Shown here one piece after another: positions 1 through 11,938 of a stretch of 64,000 nucleotides of DNA. The notes under the pieces were generated by a model, which saw only the letters and a program-made list of their open reading frames with translations, ran no database searches and had not been told where the DNA came from. Every line of letters begins with the position of its first letter. Position 1 is the stretch's first letter. Origin of the DNA: Escherichia coli (GTDB lineage: Bacteria; Pseudomonadota; Gammaproteobacteria; Enterobacterales; Enterobacteriaceae); NCBI RefSeq assembly GCF_044647545.1, contig NZ_CP172818.1; one strand, written 5' to 3'. The position numbers were made by a program, and so were the translations under genes.

Positions 1-237
1 GGTATTAAACAAAGCATGTCCAGAAAAGGCAATTGTCTGGATAATGCTGTGGTGGAGTGTTTCTTTGGAACCTTAAAGTCGGAGTGTTTTTATCTTGATG
101 AGTTCAGTAATATAAGCGAACTGAAGGATGCTGTTACGGAATATATTGAATACTACAACAGCAGAAGAATTAGCCTGAAATTAAAAAGTCTGACTCCAAT
201 TGAATATCGGAATCAGACCTATATGCCTCGTGTTTAA
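1..237 (+). CDS. insK: IS150 transposase OrfB (InsK-like), C-terminal part only
   Basis: ORF 16..237 (in frame from position 1) ...CFFGTLKSECFYLDEF...YYNSRRISLKLKSLTPIEYR, typical IS3-family OrfB C-terminus. Confidence 0.8.
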   Translation, partial: GIKQSMSRKGNCLDNAVVECFFGTLKSECFYLDEFSNISELKDAVTEYIEYYNSRRISLKLKSLTPIEYRNQTYMPRV

Positions 238-263
238 CTGTCCAACTTTTTGGGGTCAGTACA
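1..263 (+). mobile_element. IS150 (IS3 family), 3' portion truncated by window edge; right inverted repeat ends near 263
   Basis: Reverse complement of 216-263 reads TGTACTGACCCCAAAAAGTTGGACAGTTAAACACGAGGC, recalled as the IS150 terminal repeat; the upstream ORF translates as an IS3-family OrfB C-terminus. Confidence 0.8.
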
Positions 264-472
264 CACTTTGATTTATAGTCAGGTGGGGCTTTTCTCTGTC
301 TGCCTTTCGGTGAATACCTGAGACAAACAGTCTCAAGCACCCGTGGCTATTCTAGCTTAATAAGTTCGTTTCTTCTCCTTGATATAATCCTAAAAAAATC
401 TCATAAAATTAATATATGAGACAATCTTTATTCAGCAGAAGATTATTAAAGGTTGCTCTATTATTTAGCGAT

Positions 473-501
473 AAAAAAGCCTGCCAGATGGCAGGCTTTT
501 T
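473..501 (-). terminator. Probable rho-independent terminator downstream of glyS (hairpin flanked by A/T runs, possibly bidirectional)
   Basis: aaaaaagcctgccagatggcaggcttttt: GC-rich inverted repeat with U-run on the minus-strand transcript. Confidence 0.5.
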
Positions 502-514
502 AATAACGACGTTA

Positions 515-2584
515 TTACTGCAACAGCGAAATATCCGCAACTCGCAGGAATAATTCGCGCAGTTTCTCCAGCATGGTAAGACGGTTGATTCGCAATTCTT
601 TGTCATCAACCATGACCATCACTTTATCGAAGAAGGCATCAACCGGTTCACGCAGCTCAGCCAGTTCGACCAGCGCATCCTGGTAACGACCTTCAGCAAA
701 GTACGGCTCTAGCTTGTCACGTAGCACCACAACCTGCATCGCCAGTTTAATTTCTTCCGGCTCTTTCAGAGTAGAGGCATTCACGCGGTCGCTCAGCACT
801 TCGTCAGATTTCGCCAGAATGTTAGATACACGCTTGTTCGCCGCCGCCAGTGCTGCAGCTGCATCCAGGGTACGGAAGTGCGATACCGCTTTCATTCGGG
901 CATCGAAATCAGCCGGACGAGTCGGACGACGCGCCAGTACCGCCTGGATGGTGTCAACGGTGTAACCTTCGTCCTGATACCAGGCGCGGAAGCGACCGAG
1001 CATAAAGTCGATAACATCATCAACCACGTTGGCATTAGTCAGCTTATCGCCATACAGACGCACTGCTTCTTCGGTCAGGGTTTGCAGGTCAAGATTGAGG
1101 TTCTTCTCAACGATAATACGCAGCACGCCAAGTGCGGCACGACGCAACGCAAACGGGTCTTTGTCGCCTTTCGGATGCTGGCCGATACCGAAGATACCCG
1201 CCAGAGTATCCATCTTGTCAGCAATCGCCAGCGCACAGGCTACCGGGTTAGACGGCAGGTCATCACCGGCAAAGCGCGGCTGATACTGCTCGTTCAGCGC
1301 CACGGCAACATCTTCCGCTTCGCCATCGTGACGCGCGTAGTGCATCCCCATAACGCCCTGGGTGTCGGTGAACTCGAAGACCATGTTGGTCATCAGGTCG
1401 CACTTGGACAGCAGGCCCGCACGGGTTGCGTGGTTAACGTCAGCGCCAATCTGTTCAGCAATCCAGCCAGCCAGCGCCTGGATGCGGTCAGTTTTGTCGC
1501 GCAGTGTACCCAGCTGTTGCTGGAACAACACGGTTTGCAGGCGCGGCAGGTTATCTTCAAGACGTTTTTTACGGTCGGTATTGAAGAAGAACTCGGCATC
1601 CGCCAGACGTGGACGAACGACTTTCTCGTTACCGGAGATAATCTGCTGCGGATCTTTCGATTCGATGTTGGCAACGAAGATAAAGTTCGGCAGCAGTTTG
1701 CCGTCGTTCGCATACACCGGGAAGTATTTCTGGTCACCTTTCATGGTGTAAACCAGCGCTTCAGACGGCACCGCGAGGAATTTCTCTTCGAATTTTGCGG
1801 TCAGCACAACCGGCCATTCCACCAGCGAAGCGACTTCTTCCAACAGGCTTTCGCTTAAGTCAGCGTTACCGCCAATCTTACGCGCCGCTTCTTCGGCATC
1901 GGCTTTAATCTTCGCCTTACGTTCTTCGTAATCGGCGATGACTTTCCCGCGCTCACGCAGAATTTCCGGATACTGATCAGCATTGTCGATAGTGAATTCC
2001 GGCTCGCCCATAAAGCGGTGGCCGCGAATCACGCGATCGGACTGAATGCCCAGAATGGTAGCCGGAATAACTTTGTCGCCCAGCAGCAGGGTCACGGTGT
2101 GCACCGGACGCACGAAGTGCACGTCGCTTGCACCCCAACGCATCAGTTTCGGGATCGGCAGTTTCGCCAGCGAAGTCGCAACCATATTCGGCAGCAGTGC
2201 TTCGGTGCTTTCGCCCTTCACGTGGGCGCGATACAGCAGCCATTCACCTTTATCGGTAGTCAGACGCTCAGCCTGGTCAACGGTAATACCGCAACCACGC
2301 GCCCAGCCTTCTGCCGCTTTGCTCGGTTTGCCTTCAGCGTCGAACGCCTGAGCAATCGCCGGGCCGCGTTTTTCGATTTCACGATCCGGTTGCGCTTCCG
2401 CCAGGTTAGCTACTTTCAGCGCCAGACGACGCGGAGCAGCAAACCATTGAACGGTGCCGTGTGCGAGGCCAGCGTTATCCAGCTCCGCAGTAAAGTTCGC
2501 AGCAAAGGACTCAGCCAGGCTGCGCAGTGCTTTTGGTGGCAGCTCTTCAGTGCCGATTTCCACCAGAAAAGTTTTCTCAGACAT
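515..2584 (-). CDS. glyS: Glycine--tRNA ligase beta subunit
   Basis: 689-aa ORF matching GlyS as recalled; immediately downstream of glyQ on the same strand. Confidence 0.96.
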   Translation of the reverse strand: MSEKTFLVEIGTEELPPKALRSLAESFAANFTAELDNAGLAHGTVQWFAAPRRLALKVANLAEAQPDREIEKRGPAIAQAFDAEGKPSKAAEGWARGCGITVDQAERLTTDKGEWLLYRAHVKGESTEALLPNMVATSLAKLPIPKLMRWGASDVHFVRPVHTVTLLLGDKVIPATILGIQSDRVIRGHRFMGEPEFTIDNADQYPEILRERGKVIADYEERKAKIKADAEEAARKIGGNADLSESLLEEVASLVEWPVVLTAKFEEKFLAVPSEALVYTMKGDQKYFPVYANDGKLLPNFIFVANIESKDPQQIISGNEKVVRPRLADAEFFFNTDRKKRLEDNLPRLQTVLFQQQLGTLRDKTDRIQALAGWIAEQIGADVNHATRAGLLSKCDLMTNMVFEFTDTQGVMGMHYARHDGEAEDVAVALNEQYQPRFAGDDLPSNPVACALAIADKMDTLAGIFGIGQHPKGDKDPFALRRAALGVLRIIVEKNLNLDLQTLTEEAVRLYGDKLTNANVVDDVIDFMLGRFRAWYQDEGYTVDTIQAVLARRPTRPADFDARMKAVSHFRTLDAAAALAAANKRVSNILAKSDEVLSDRVNASTLKEPEEIKLAMQVVVLRDKLEPYFAEGRYQDALVELAELREPVDAFFDKVMVMVDDKELRINRLTMLEKLRELFLRVADISLLQ

Positions 2585-2593
2585 AGCCGCCTC

Positions 2594-3505
2594 TTACTTA
2601 TCTTTGTTGCACATCGGGAAGCCGAGGGCTTCACGGGAAGCGTAGTATGCTTCTGCCACTGCTTTGGTCAGGGTGCGAATGCGCAGAATATAGCGCTGAC
2701 GCTCGGTGACGGAGATGGCTTTACGCGCATCCAGCAGGTTGAAGCTGTGGGCGGCTTTCAGAATACGCTCGTAGGCTGGCAGCGGCAGCGGATTTTCCAG
2801 CGCCAGCAGCTGCTGCGCTTCTTTCTCGTACTGCTCAAAGCAGGTGAACAGGAAGTCCACATCCGCGTATTCGAAGTTGTAAGTGGACTGCTCCACTTCG
2901 TTCTGATGGAACACGTCGCCGTAGGTGGTTTTACCCAGCGGGCCGTCGCTCCAGACCAGGTCGTAAACGCTGTCTACGCCCTGAATGTACATTGCCAGAC
3001 GTTCCAGACCGTAGGTGATCTCGCCGGTAACCGGTTTACACTCCAGACCACCAACCTGCTGGAAGTAAGTGAACTGCGTCACTTCCATGCCGTTCAGCCA
3101 CACTTCCCAGCCCAGCCCCCAGGCACCCAGCGTCGGGTTTTCCCAGTTATCTTCCACGAAACGGATGTCGTGGATGGTCGGGTCCATGCCCAGCTCTTTC
3201 AGAGAACCAAGGTACAGCTCCTGAATATTGTCCGGCGATGGCTTAATGACCACCTGGAACTGATAGTAGTGCTGTAAACGGTTGGGGTTTTCGCCGTAGC
3301 GACCATCGGTCGGGCGACGAGAAGGCTGAACATAAGCAGCCGCCATCGGTTCTGGCCCCAGCGCGCGCAGACAGGTCATTGGGTGAGAGGTTCCCGCGCC
3401 GACTTCCATGTCCAATGGTTGAACAATGGTGCAGCCCTGGCGAGCCCAGTAATCCTGTAAGGTCAGGATCAAGCCCTGGAAGGTCCTGGTATCAAACTTT
3501 TGCAT
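2594..3505 (-). CDS. glyQ: Glycine--tRNA ligase alpha subunit
   Basis: 303-aa ORF matching GlyQ as recalled; 9-bp spacer to glyS. Confidence 0.96.
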
Positions 3506-3599
3506 ATTATTTCGTGCTGGATACGTGTGGATTTAAAGGAAGGGATCAGTATACCCGCTGGATGGAAGATATACAGTACGAAACGGGAAAAAGCAGGGC

Positions 3600-3908
3600 T
3601 TAACGCATGGAAAGATGCAAAAAATGGCCATCTGCGTCAAAAGAACAGACAAACTGCTCTTTACGGAAGGTATAACCGCGCATTTCGTAGCTCCCCTGAA
3701 ACTGTTCAAATGCGGTGACGTCGATTTTTTGCGCACCTGTATTATAGCGTTTTGCCGCCTGATCTTTGCATAGCCCTTCCATATTCAACGAACGCAGAGG
3801 ATCAACCTTTACCCGTTGTGCTTTCTGCACGGGTGGCGGTGTAGAACAACCCACTAGCGCCATAAGCACCATAAGCGCCATTGCCGGAAAGAAAGCGTTC
3901 ATCATCAT
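3600..3908 (-). CDS. ysaB: Small lipoprotein YsaB
   Basis: 102-aa ORF with hydrophobic signal and lipobox-like LVGC; position between glyQ and wecH. Confidence 0.75.
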   Translation of the reverse strand: MMMNAFFPAMALMVLMALVGCSTPPPVQKAQRVKVDPLRSLNMEGLCKDQAAKRYNTGAQKIDVTAFEQFQGSYEMRGYTFRKEQFVCSFDADGHFLHLSMR

Positions 3909-4082
3909 TAAATTACCGTCTGGTTTGCAGGTGAGTCTTATTATTTATATCGGTATAGTGGCTGATATCTTACGAATTTCCTTAAGCCTCTATAAGCTGT
4001 AGTGATAAAACTCAGATTATTCCAGTGCGCCAACCGAATGATTTATCGGTCAGACTTTTTTTAACCAGATACAGAGACACAG

Positions 4083-5078
4083 ATGCAGCCCAAAATTTAC
4101 TGGATTGATAACCTGCGAGGGATAGCGTGTTTAATGGTGGTGATGATTCACACCACTACCTGGTATGTGACCAATGCTCATAGTGTTAGCCCCGTCACAT
4201 GGGATATCGCCAATGTTCTGAATTCTGCCTCTCGTGTCAGCGTGCCGCTATTTTTCATGATTTCCGGCTATCTCTTTTTTGGCGTACGCAGCGCCCAGCC
4301 GCGCCATTTCTTGCGTATCGGCTTATGTCTGCTTTTTTATAGCGCAATCGCACTGCTCTACATTGCGCTATTTACCTCCATCAATGTAGAGATAGCGCTT
4401 AAAAACCTGCTGCAAAAGCCTGTTTTTTACCACTTATGGTTTTTCTTCGCGATTGCGGTGATTTATCTGGTTTCACCGCTGATTCAGGTGAAGAACGTCG
4501 GCGGAAAAATGTTGCTGGTGCTAATGGTGGTGATTGGTATCATCGCTAACCCAAACACCGTGCCGCAGAAAATCGACGGTTTTGAATGGCTGCCAATTAA
4601 CTTATATATCAATGGCGATACTTTTTACTACATCCTGTATGGCATGTTGGGCCGCGCTATAGGGATGATGGACACACAGCATAAAGCACTGTCGTGGGTG
4701 TGCGCCGCACTGTTTGCGACGGGGGTTTTTATTATCTCTCGCGGGACATTATATGAATTGCAGTGGCGCGGAAATTTTGCCGATACCTGGTATCTTTACT
4801 GTGGGCCGATGGTTTTTATCTGCGCAATCACGCTATTGACTCTGGTTAAAAACACGCTGGATACACACACTGTTCCCGGGCTTGGGCTGATATCACGCCA
4901 TTCTTTAGGTATATACGGGTTCCATGCATTGATTATCCATGCGCTGCGTACCCGGGGGATTGAGCTTAAAAACTGGCCAATACTCGATATTATTTGGATC
5001 TTTTGCGCGACGTTGGCAGCGAGTTTGTTACTTTCTATGCTGGTACAACAAATCGACAGAAACAGACTAGTGAGTTAA
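4083..5078 (+). CDS. wecH: Acyltransferase-3 family membrane protein (enterobacterial common antigen O-acetyltransferase WecH/YiaH)
   Basis: 331-aa polytopic membrane [23 protein letters not shown]... acyltransferase-3 signature. Confidence 0.85.
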   Translation: MQPKIYWIDNLRGIACLMVVMIHTTTWYVTNAHSVSPVTWDIANVLNSASRVSVPLFFMISGYLFFGVRSAQPRHFLRIGLCLLFYSAIALLYIALFTSINVEIALKNLLQKPVFYHLWFFFAIAVIYLVSPLIQVKNVGGKMLLVLMVVIGIIANPNTVPQKIDGFEWLPINLYINGDTFYYILYGMLGRAIGMMDTQHKALSWVCAALFATGVFIISRGTLYELQWRGNFADTWYLYCGPMVFICAITLLTLVKNTLDTHTVPGLGLISRHSLGIYGFHALIIHALRTRGIELKNWPILDIIWIFCATLAASLLLSMLVQQIDRNRLVS

Positions 5079-5119
5079 ATAAAAGCCCGGTCACATTGGA
5101 CTGACCGGGCTTATGTGAA

Positions 5120-5560
5120 TTATTCGCTGTATTCTTCCTGGGTAACCTGTGTTTCTTTTGGTGGGTTTATTCCGGCATCACGAATATTCTTCTGCACCGC
5201 TACTGCACCAAACAAGCTTAAGAAGAAAGCCAGTCCATAAAAACCTTTCTCGCTGAGTAATAACGTCGCATTCCACAGACCTACCATCAGTAACGCAACA
5301 GAGATAATAAAGACAGTCAGGCAGGTCATATAATAAATGGAGGTGGTCGGTATGCCTTCATACTTGTCCCGAACGGTCTTTTGATAAGACGCCGCAGAAA
5401 ACAGTCCTAATACCAGTACGGCAAAATAATATCCTTTTTCATTTAACTGCATCTCTGCATTCCATAGCCCTAACAGATAGGTAACGATACCACCAACGAG
5501 AGCTATCCATGACACAATACTAAATGCCGGTGAATAGGTTGATATTTTGTTGTCCATCAC
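5120..5560 (-). CDS. yiaA: Inner membrane protein YiaA
   Basis: 146-aa ORF with internally duplicated hydrophobic pattern; paralogous to adjacent yiaB. Confidence 0.8.
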
Positions 5561-5602
5561 AGTATTCCTTTCATTCCTGAATGTGTAAGAGGTTTATGTT
5601 GC

Positions 5603-5986
5603 TCATGCCGAGCGAAACAAACGCATTTGACCAAACAAGCAGACAAAAAAGGCGATGGGATAAATCACCATTTCATAAGCATTGATAGGTGCGTTTAAAA
5701 CACCGATAAACAAGAGACCGATAGTGATTAACGCCAGCAACTGGCAGACGCGGATAAAAAAATCATCCAGTTGCCCGAGTTTTTCTGCGCGAAGATATGC
5801 ATAATTGCCAAAAGTTGCTGTCATTAACACGCCAAGAAAATAGCCTTTTCCACTTAACAATGGGCATGAGATCCATAGCCCAACCAGATAAACCAGCGCC
5901 CCGACAACAAATAATAGTTTTGCCACAGTCTTTGAGGTTTTCATAACGATCTCCATATCTACCAGCGATACATTACGAGTAACCAA
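5603..5986 (-). CDS. yiaB: Inner membrane protein YiaB (true start may be the internal Met near 5944)
   Basis: 127-aa ORF, hydrophobic, similar to YiaA. Confidence 0.75.
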   Translation of the reverse strand: MVTRNVSLVDMEIVMKTSKTVAKLLFVVGALVYLVGLWISCPLLSGKGYFLGVLMTATFGNYAYLRAEKLGQLDDFFIRVCQLLALITIGLLFIGVLNAPINAYEMVIYPIAFFVCLFGQMRLFRSA

Positions 5987-6112
5987 CGAAAGACAAAACT
6001 GAAAAATGCCATTAACAAATGATTTTCAGAATAAATTCATACTAAATATTAATTAATTACTGAGATATATAGATGTGAATTATCCCCCACCCGGTCAGGC
6101 AGGGGATAACGT

Positions 6113-7567
6113 TTACGCCATTAATGGCAGAAGTTGCTGATAGAGGCGACGGAACGTTTCTCGTCGTGGCTGATAAGCGGCATAACGCTGCGCATCTGGT
6201 AGATGCGACTGTTCTAACGGTAGCTGCGGCAACAACTCAATGAGCGATTTCTCTGGATTCGCCGCAATCTGCGCCAGCCTTGCTGCGCCCAGTGCTGGCC
6301 CCACATCCCCCCCCGTACGGTAATCGAGCTGCTGACCGCTGATATCCGCCAGCATCTGACGCCAGTACTCACTACGAGCCCCGCCACCAATCAGCGTAAC
6401 ACTTTGCGGTTTAATGCCGCAGGCATGTACGACATCCATGCCATCTGCCAGCGCATAACCCACGCCTTCCAGCACTGCTCGCGCCAGTTCATTAGCACCA
6501 TGTTGATGGGTCAAACCAAAGAAAACCCCCTTCGCCTGGGGATTGTTGTGTGGCGTACGTTCACCGGAAAGATAAGGCAGAAACCAGACAGGCTCGGTAC
6601 TTTCATCAGCCTGTTGAGCAGCCGCGATTAAAGCTGGAACATTGCTCAGACCGGTTAATTTTGCGGCCCAATCCAGGCAAGAAGCCGCACTCAGCATCAC
6701 AGACATTAAATGCCAACGCTGCGGGAGCGCATGGCAAAAGCTGTGTACGGCGCTTTCTGGCTTGCTTAAGAATCCTTCGCTGACAGCAAAATAGACCCCC
6801 GACGTCCCCAGCGATAACATTGCCTGATTAGCATCAACCATTCCCACACCAATCGCACCAGCTGCATTATCGCCACCGCCTGCGACAACAGGCACCGCCG
6901 CCATACCCCACGCTTTCGCAACTTCAGGTAGCAAAGCACCAGTAATTTCGCTGCCTTCGTATAATGCGGGCATCTGGTCACGAGATAAGTGGCAAGCCTG
7001 CAGCATGAGATCGCTCCAGTCACGCTTTGCGACATCCAGCCACATAGTGCCAGCTGCGTCAGACATATCGCTGGCAAACTCCCCCGTCATACGCAGACGC
7101 AAGTAATCTTTCGGTAATAATACTTTATCGATTTGACGGAATATCTCCGGCTCATGCCGCTGAACCCATAACAATTTAGGCGCAGTAAATCCGGGCATCA
7201 TCAGGTTGCCGGTAATCACCCGCGATTGCGGAACTCGCGCTTCCAGCAAAGTGCACTCTTGCGCACAGCGCCCGTCGTTCCACAAAATGGCAGGGCGTAA
7301 CACCCGTTGCTGAGTATCCAGTAAGGTTGCACCGTGCATCTGTCCGGCAATACCTAATGCTTTAACGTCTTGCAGAGAATGCTGAACGCCCAGAGCTTTC
7401 ATTGCGCGATCAGTTGCCTGCCACCACTGTTCCGGGTCTTGTTCCGACCAGAGTGGATGCGGGCGCGAAACGGTCAGCTTTTCCGTTTGCGCAGCAACCA
7501 CCTCACCCTGCTCATTGAGCAAAATAACTTTTACGCCCGAGGTGCCAAGATCTATCCCGATATACAT
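6113..7567 (-). CDS. xylB: Xylulokinase
   Basis: 484-aa FGGY-kinase ORF (MYIGIDLGTSGVK...), downstream of xylA. Confidence 0.95.
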   Translation of the reverse strand: MYIGIDLGTSGVKVILLNEQGEVVAAQTEKLTVSRPHPLWSEQDPEQWWQATDRAMKALGVQHSLQDVKALGIAGQMHGATLLDTQQRVLRPAILWNDGRCAQECTLLEARVPQSRVITGNLMMPGFTAPKLLWVQRHEPEIFRQIDKVLLPKDYLRLRMTGEFASDMSDAAGTMWLDVAKRDWSDLMLQACHLSRDQMPALYEGSEITGALLPEVAKAWGMAAVPVVAGGGDNAAGAIGVGMVDANQAMLSLGTSGVYFAVSEGFLSKPESAVHSFCHALPQRWHLMSVMLSAASCLDWAAKLTGLSNVPALIAAAQQADESTEPVWFLPYLSGERTPHNNPQAKGVFFGLTHQHGANELARAVLEGVGYALADGMDVVHACGIKPQSVTLIGGGARSEYWRQMLADISGQQLDYRTGGDVGPALGAARLAQIAANPEKSLIELLPQLPLEQSHLPDAQRYAAYQPRRETFRRLYQQLLPLMA

Positions 7568-7638
7568 ATCGATCGTTCCTTAAAAAAATGCCCGGTATCG
7601 CTACTGATAACCGGGCCAACGGACTGCACAGTTAGCCG

Positions 7639-8961
7639 TTATTTGTCGAACAGATAATGATTTACCAGATTTTCCAGTTGCTCCTGGCGACCACTCTGAT
7701 GCACCGGAGACAAATTATGTTCCTGAGCATATTTGGCTAAATCTGCCAGTGACATTTGGCCTTTCAGGATTTGCTGGCCTAATTCGCTATTCCAGCCGGA
7801 ATAACGCTGCGCGATGCGTTTATCCAGCTCGCCATCTTCAATCATGCGCGCTGCAATTTTCAGCGCCAACGCCATCGTATCCATCGCGCCGATATGACCG
7901 TAAAACAGATCATATTTATCAGTACTTTGACGACGTACTTTGGCATCGAAGTTCAGACCACCGGTGGTGAAACCGCCTGCTTTGAGAATTTCATACATCA
8001 CCAGCGCATTCTCTTCCACACTGTTCGGGAACTGGTCGGTGTCCCAGCCCAGTTGCGCATCGCCACGGTTGGCGTCGACAGAACCGAACAGGCCAAGCGC
8101 AATGGCGGTGGCTATTTCATGATGGAAAGAGTGACCTGCCAGCGTCGCGTGGTTAGCTTCAATATTCAGTTTAATCTCTTTTTCCAGACCAAACTGTTTC
8201 AGGAAGCCATAGACCGTCGCAGCATCGTAATCATATTGATGTTTGGTCGGTTCTTGCGGTTTCGGTTCGATAAGCAACGTCCCCTGGAAACCGATTTTAT
8301 GTTTATGCTCAACCACCATCTGCATAAAGCGGCCCAGCTGTTCACGCTCCTGACGCAAGTCGGTATTTAACAGCGTTTCGTAACCTTCACGACCGCCCCA
8401 CAGGACATAGTTTTCACCGCCCAATTTATGGGTTGCTTCCATCGCTGTAACAACTTGCGTTGCCGCCCAACTGAAGACTTCAGGATCTGGGTTCGTCGCC
8501 GCACCCGCGCCATAACGAGGGTTTGTAAAGCAGTTAGCGGTTCCCCACAGCAGCTTCACGCCGCTCTCTTCTTGCTTGCCTGCCAGGACATCAACCATTT
8601 GCGCAAAATTATTGATGTACTCTTTTAACGACGCGCCCTCAGGGGAAACATCCACATCGTGGAAGCAATAAAATGGCACATGTAACTTGTGGAAAAACTC
8701 AAATGCGACATCTGCTTTACGCTTCGCCAACGCCAGTGCCTCACCAGGCTGCTGCCACGGACGATTAAACGCCCCCACACCAAACATGTCCGCCCCGTTC
8801 CAGCAGAAGGTGTGCCAGTAGCAGGCGGCAAATCGCAAGTGCTCTTCCATACGCTTGCCCAACACCAGTTCGTCGGGATTGTAGTGACGGAATGCTAACG
8901 GGTTTGAGGATTTTGAGCCTTCATAACGAACGCGATCGAGCTGGTCAAAATAGGCTTGCAT
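7639..8961 (-). CDS. xylA: Xylose isomerase
   Basis: ORF 7639..8973; start set at [16 protein letters not shown] giving 440 aa. Confidence 0.95.
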
Positions 8962-9326
8962 ATTGAACTCCATAATCAGGTAATGCCGCGGGTGATGGAT
9001 GATGTCGTAATATTGGGCACTCCCTTTCAGTTGCTCAATTATGTTATTTCACACTGCTATTGAGATAATTCACAAGTGTGCGCTCGCTCGCAAAATAAAA
9101 TGGAATGATGAAACTGGGTAATTCCTCGAAGAGAAAAATGCAATAAGTACAATTGCGCAACAAAAGTAAGATCTCGGTCATAAATCAAGAAATAAACCAA
9201 AAATCGTAATCGAAAGATAAAAATCTGTAATTGTTTTCCCCTGTTTAGTTGCTAAAAATTGGTTACGTTTATCGCGGTGATTGTTACTTATTAAAGCTGT
9301 CCTCTAACTACAGAAGGCCCTACACC
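8962..9326. promoter_or_regulatory. Divergent xylA / xylF promoter region (expected XylR and CRP control sites)
   Basis: AT-rich 365-bp spacer between divergent xylAB and xylFGHR; individual binding sites not resolved by eye. Confidence 0.5.
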
Positions 9327-10319
9327 ATGAAAATAAAGAACATTCTACTCACCCTTTGCACCTCACTTCTGCTTACCAACGTTGCGGCTCACGCCAAAGA
9401 AGTCAAAATAGGTATGGCGATTGATGATCTCCGTCTTGAACGCTGGCAAAAAGATCGAGATATTTTTGTGAAAAAGGCAGAATCTCTCGGCGCGAAAGTA
9501 TTTGTACAGTCTGCAAATGGCAATGAAGAAACACAAATGTCGCAGATTGAAAACATGATTAACCGGGGTGTCGATGTTCTTGTCATTATTCCTTATAACG
9601 GTCAGGTATTAAGTAACGTTGTAAAAGAAGCCAAACAAGAAGGTATTAAAGTATTAGCTTACGACCGTATGATTAACGATGCGGATATCGATTTTTATAT
9701 TTCTTTCGATAACGAAAAAGTCGGTGAACTGCAGGCAAAAGCCCTGGTCGATATTGTTCCGCAAGGTAATTACTTCCTGATGGGCGGTTCGCCGGTAGAT
9801 AACAACGCCAAGCTGTTCCGCGCCGGGCAAATGAAAGTGTTACAACCTTACGTTGATTCCGGAAAAATTAAAGTCGTTGGTGACCAATGGGTTGATGGCT
9901 GGTTACCGGAAAACGCATTGAAAATTATGGAAAACGCGCTAACCGCCAATAATAACAAAATTGATGCTGTAGTTGCCTCAAACGATGCCACCGCAGGTGG
10001 GGCAATTCAGGCATTAAGCGCGCAAGGTTTATCAGGGAAAGTAGCAATTTCCGGCCAGGATGCGGATCTCGCAGGTATTAAACGTATTGCTGCCGGTACG
10101 CAAACTATGACGGTGTATAAACCTATTACGTTGTTGGCAAATACTGCCGCAGAAATTGCCGTTGAGTTGGGCAATGGTCAGGAACCAAAAGCAGATACCA
10201 CACTGAATAATGGCCTGAAAGATGTTCCCTCCCGCCTGCTGACACCGATCGATGTGAATAAAAACAACATCAAAGACACGGTAGTTAAAGACGGATTCCA
10301 CAAAGAGAGCGAGCTGTAA
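9327..10319 (+). CDS. xylF: D-xylose ABC transporter periplasmic binding protein
   Basis: Start set at MKIKNILLTLCTSLLLTNVAAHA (signal peptide), 330 aa. Confidence 0.95.
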   Translation: MKIKNILLTLCTSLLLTNVAAHAKEVKIGMAIDDLRLERWQKDRDIFVKKAESLGAKVFVQSANGNEETQMSQIENMINRGVDVLVIIPYNGQVLSNVVKEAKQEGIKVLAYDRMINDADIDFYISFDNEKVGELQAKALVDIVPQGNYFLMGGSPVDNNAKLFRAGQMKVLQPYVDSGKIKVVGDQWVDGWLPENALKIMENALTANNNKIDAVVASNDATAGGAIQALSAQGLSGKVAISGQDADLAGIKRIAAGTQTMTVYKPITLLANTAAEIAVELGNGQEPKADTTLNNGLKDVPSRLLTPIDVNKNNIKDTVVKDGFHKESEL

Positions 10320-10396
10320 GCGTTACGCCCCGGCGCAGAGCGGGGGCGTGATTTCTCTCCATGCCGCGTGAATGAATTGGCTTAGGTGGAGTCGTT

Positions 10397-11938
10397 ATGC
10401 CTTATCTACTTGAAATGAAGAACATTACCAAAACCTTCGGCAGTGTGAAGGCGATTGATAACGTCAGCTTGCGGTTGAATGCTGGCGAAATCGTCTCACT
10501 CTGTGGGGAAAATGGGTCTGGTAAATCAACGCTGATGAAAGTGCTGTGTGGTATTTATCCCCATGGCTCCTACGAAGGCGACATTATTTTTGCGGGAGAA
10601 GAGATTCAGGCGAGTCACATCCGCGATACCGAACGCAAAGGTATCGCCATCATTCACCAGGAATTGGCCCTGGTGAAAGAATTGACCGTACTGGAAAATA
10701 TTTTCCTGGGTAACGAAATAACCCACAATGGTATTATGGACTATGATCTGATGACGCTACGCTGTCAGAAGCTGCTCGCACAGGTCAGTTTATCCATTTC
10801 ACCTGATACCCGCGTTGGCGATTTAGGACTTGGGCAACAACAACTGGTTGAAATTGCCAAGGCACTTAATAAACAGGTGCGCTTGTTAATTCTCGATGAG
10901 CCGACAGCCTCATTAACTGAGCAGGAAACGTCGGTTTTACTGGATATTATTCGCGATCTACAACAGCACGGTATCGCCTGTATTTATATTTCGCACAAAC
11001 TCAACGAAGTCAAAGCGATTTCCGATACGATTTGCGTTATTCGCGACGGTCAGCACATTGGCACGCGTGATGCTGCTGGAATGAGTGAAGACGATATTAT
11101 CACCATGATGGTCGGGCGAGAGTTAACCGCGCTTTACCCTAATGAACCACATACCACCGGAGATGAAATATTACGTATTGAACATCTGACGGCATGGCAT
11201 CCGGTTAATCGTCATATTAAACGAGTTAATGATGTCTCGTTTTCCCTGAAACGTGGCGAAATACTGGGTATTGCCGGACTCGTTGGTGCCGGACGTACCG
11301 AGACTATTCAGTGCCTGTTTGGTGTGTGGCCCGGACAATGGGAAGGGAAAATTTATATTGACGGCAAACAGGTAGATATTCGTAACTGTCAGCAAGCCAT
11401 CGCCCAGGGGATTGCGATGGTACCCGAAGACAGAAAGCGCGACGGCATCGTTCCGGTAATGGCGGTTGGTAAAAATATTACCCTCGCCGCACTCAATAAA
11501 TTTACCGGCGGTATTAGCCAGCTTGATGACGCGGCAGAGCAAAAATGTATTCTGGAATCAATCCAGCAACTCAAAGTTAAAACGTCGTCCTCCGACCTTG
11601 CTATTGGACGTTTGAGCGGCGGCAATCAACAAAAAGCGATCCTCGCTCGCTGTCTGTTACTTAACCCGCGCATTCTCATTCTTGATGAACCCACCAGGGG
11701 TATCGATATTGGCGCGAAATACGAGATCTACAAATTAATTAACCAACTCGTCCAGCAGGGTATTGCCGTTATTGTCATCTCTTCCGAATTACCTGAAGTG
11801 CTCGGCCTTAGCGATCGTGTACTGGTGATGCATGAAGGGAAACTAAAAGCCAACCTGATAAATCATAACCTGACTCAGGAGCAGGTGATGGAAGCCGCAT
11901 TGAGGAGCGAACATCATGTCGAAAAGCAATCCGTCTGA
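10397..11938 (+). CDS. xylG: D-xylose ABC transporter ATP-binding protein
   Basis: 513-aa ORF with duplicated Walker A (GENGSGKST) and ABC signature motifs. Confidence 0.95.
   Translation: MPYLLEMKNITKTFGSVKAIDNVSLRLNAGEIVSLCGENGSGKSTLMKVLCGIYPHGSYEGDIIFAGEEIQASHIRDTERKGIAIIHQELALVKELTVLENIFLGNEITHNGIMDYDLMTLRCQKLLAQVSLSISPDTRVGDLGLGQQQLVEIAKALNKQVRLLILDEPTASLTEQETSVLLDIIRDLQQHGIACIYISHKLNEVKAISDTICVIRDGQHIGTRDAAGMSEDDIITMMVGRELTALYPNEPHTTGDEILRIEHLTAWHPVNRHIKRVNDVSFSLKRGEILGIAGLVGAGRTETIQCLFGVWPGQWEGKIYIDGKQVDIRNCQQAIAQGIAMVPEDRKRDGIVPVMAVGKNITLAALNKFTGGISQLDDAAEQKCILESIQQLKVKTSSSDLAIGRLSGGNQQKAILARCLLLNPRILILDEPTRGIDIGAKYEIYKLINQLVQQGIAVIVISSELPEVLGLSDRVLVMHEGKLKANLINHNLTQEQVMEAALRSEHHVEKQSV

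Noticed and set aside
878-3277. Plus-strand ORFs 878..1858 (326 aa) and 2018..3277 (419 aa) antisense to glyS/glyQ
   Set aside because: Overlap highly conserved aminoacyl-tRNA synthetase genes on the opposite strand; no domain-like features
6070-6112. Imperfect palindrome downstream of xylB (tatcccc...ggggata) as a terminator
   Set aside because: No adjacent U-tract on the relevant transcript strand; could equally be a REP-like element; insufficient evidence to call
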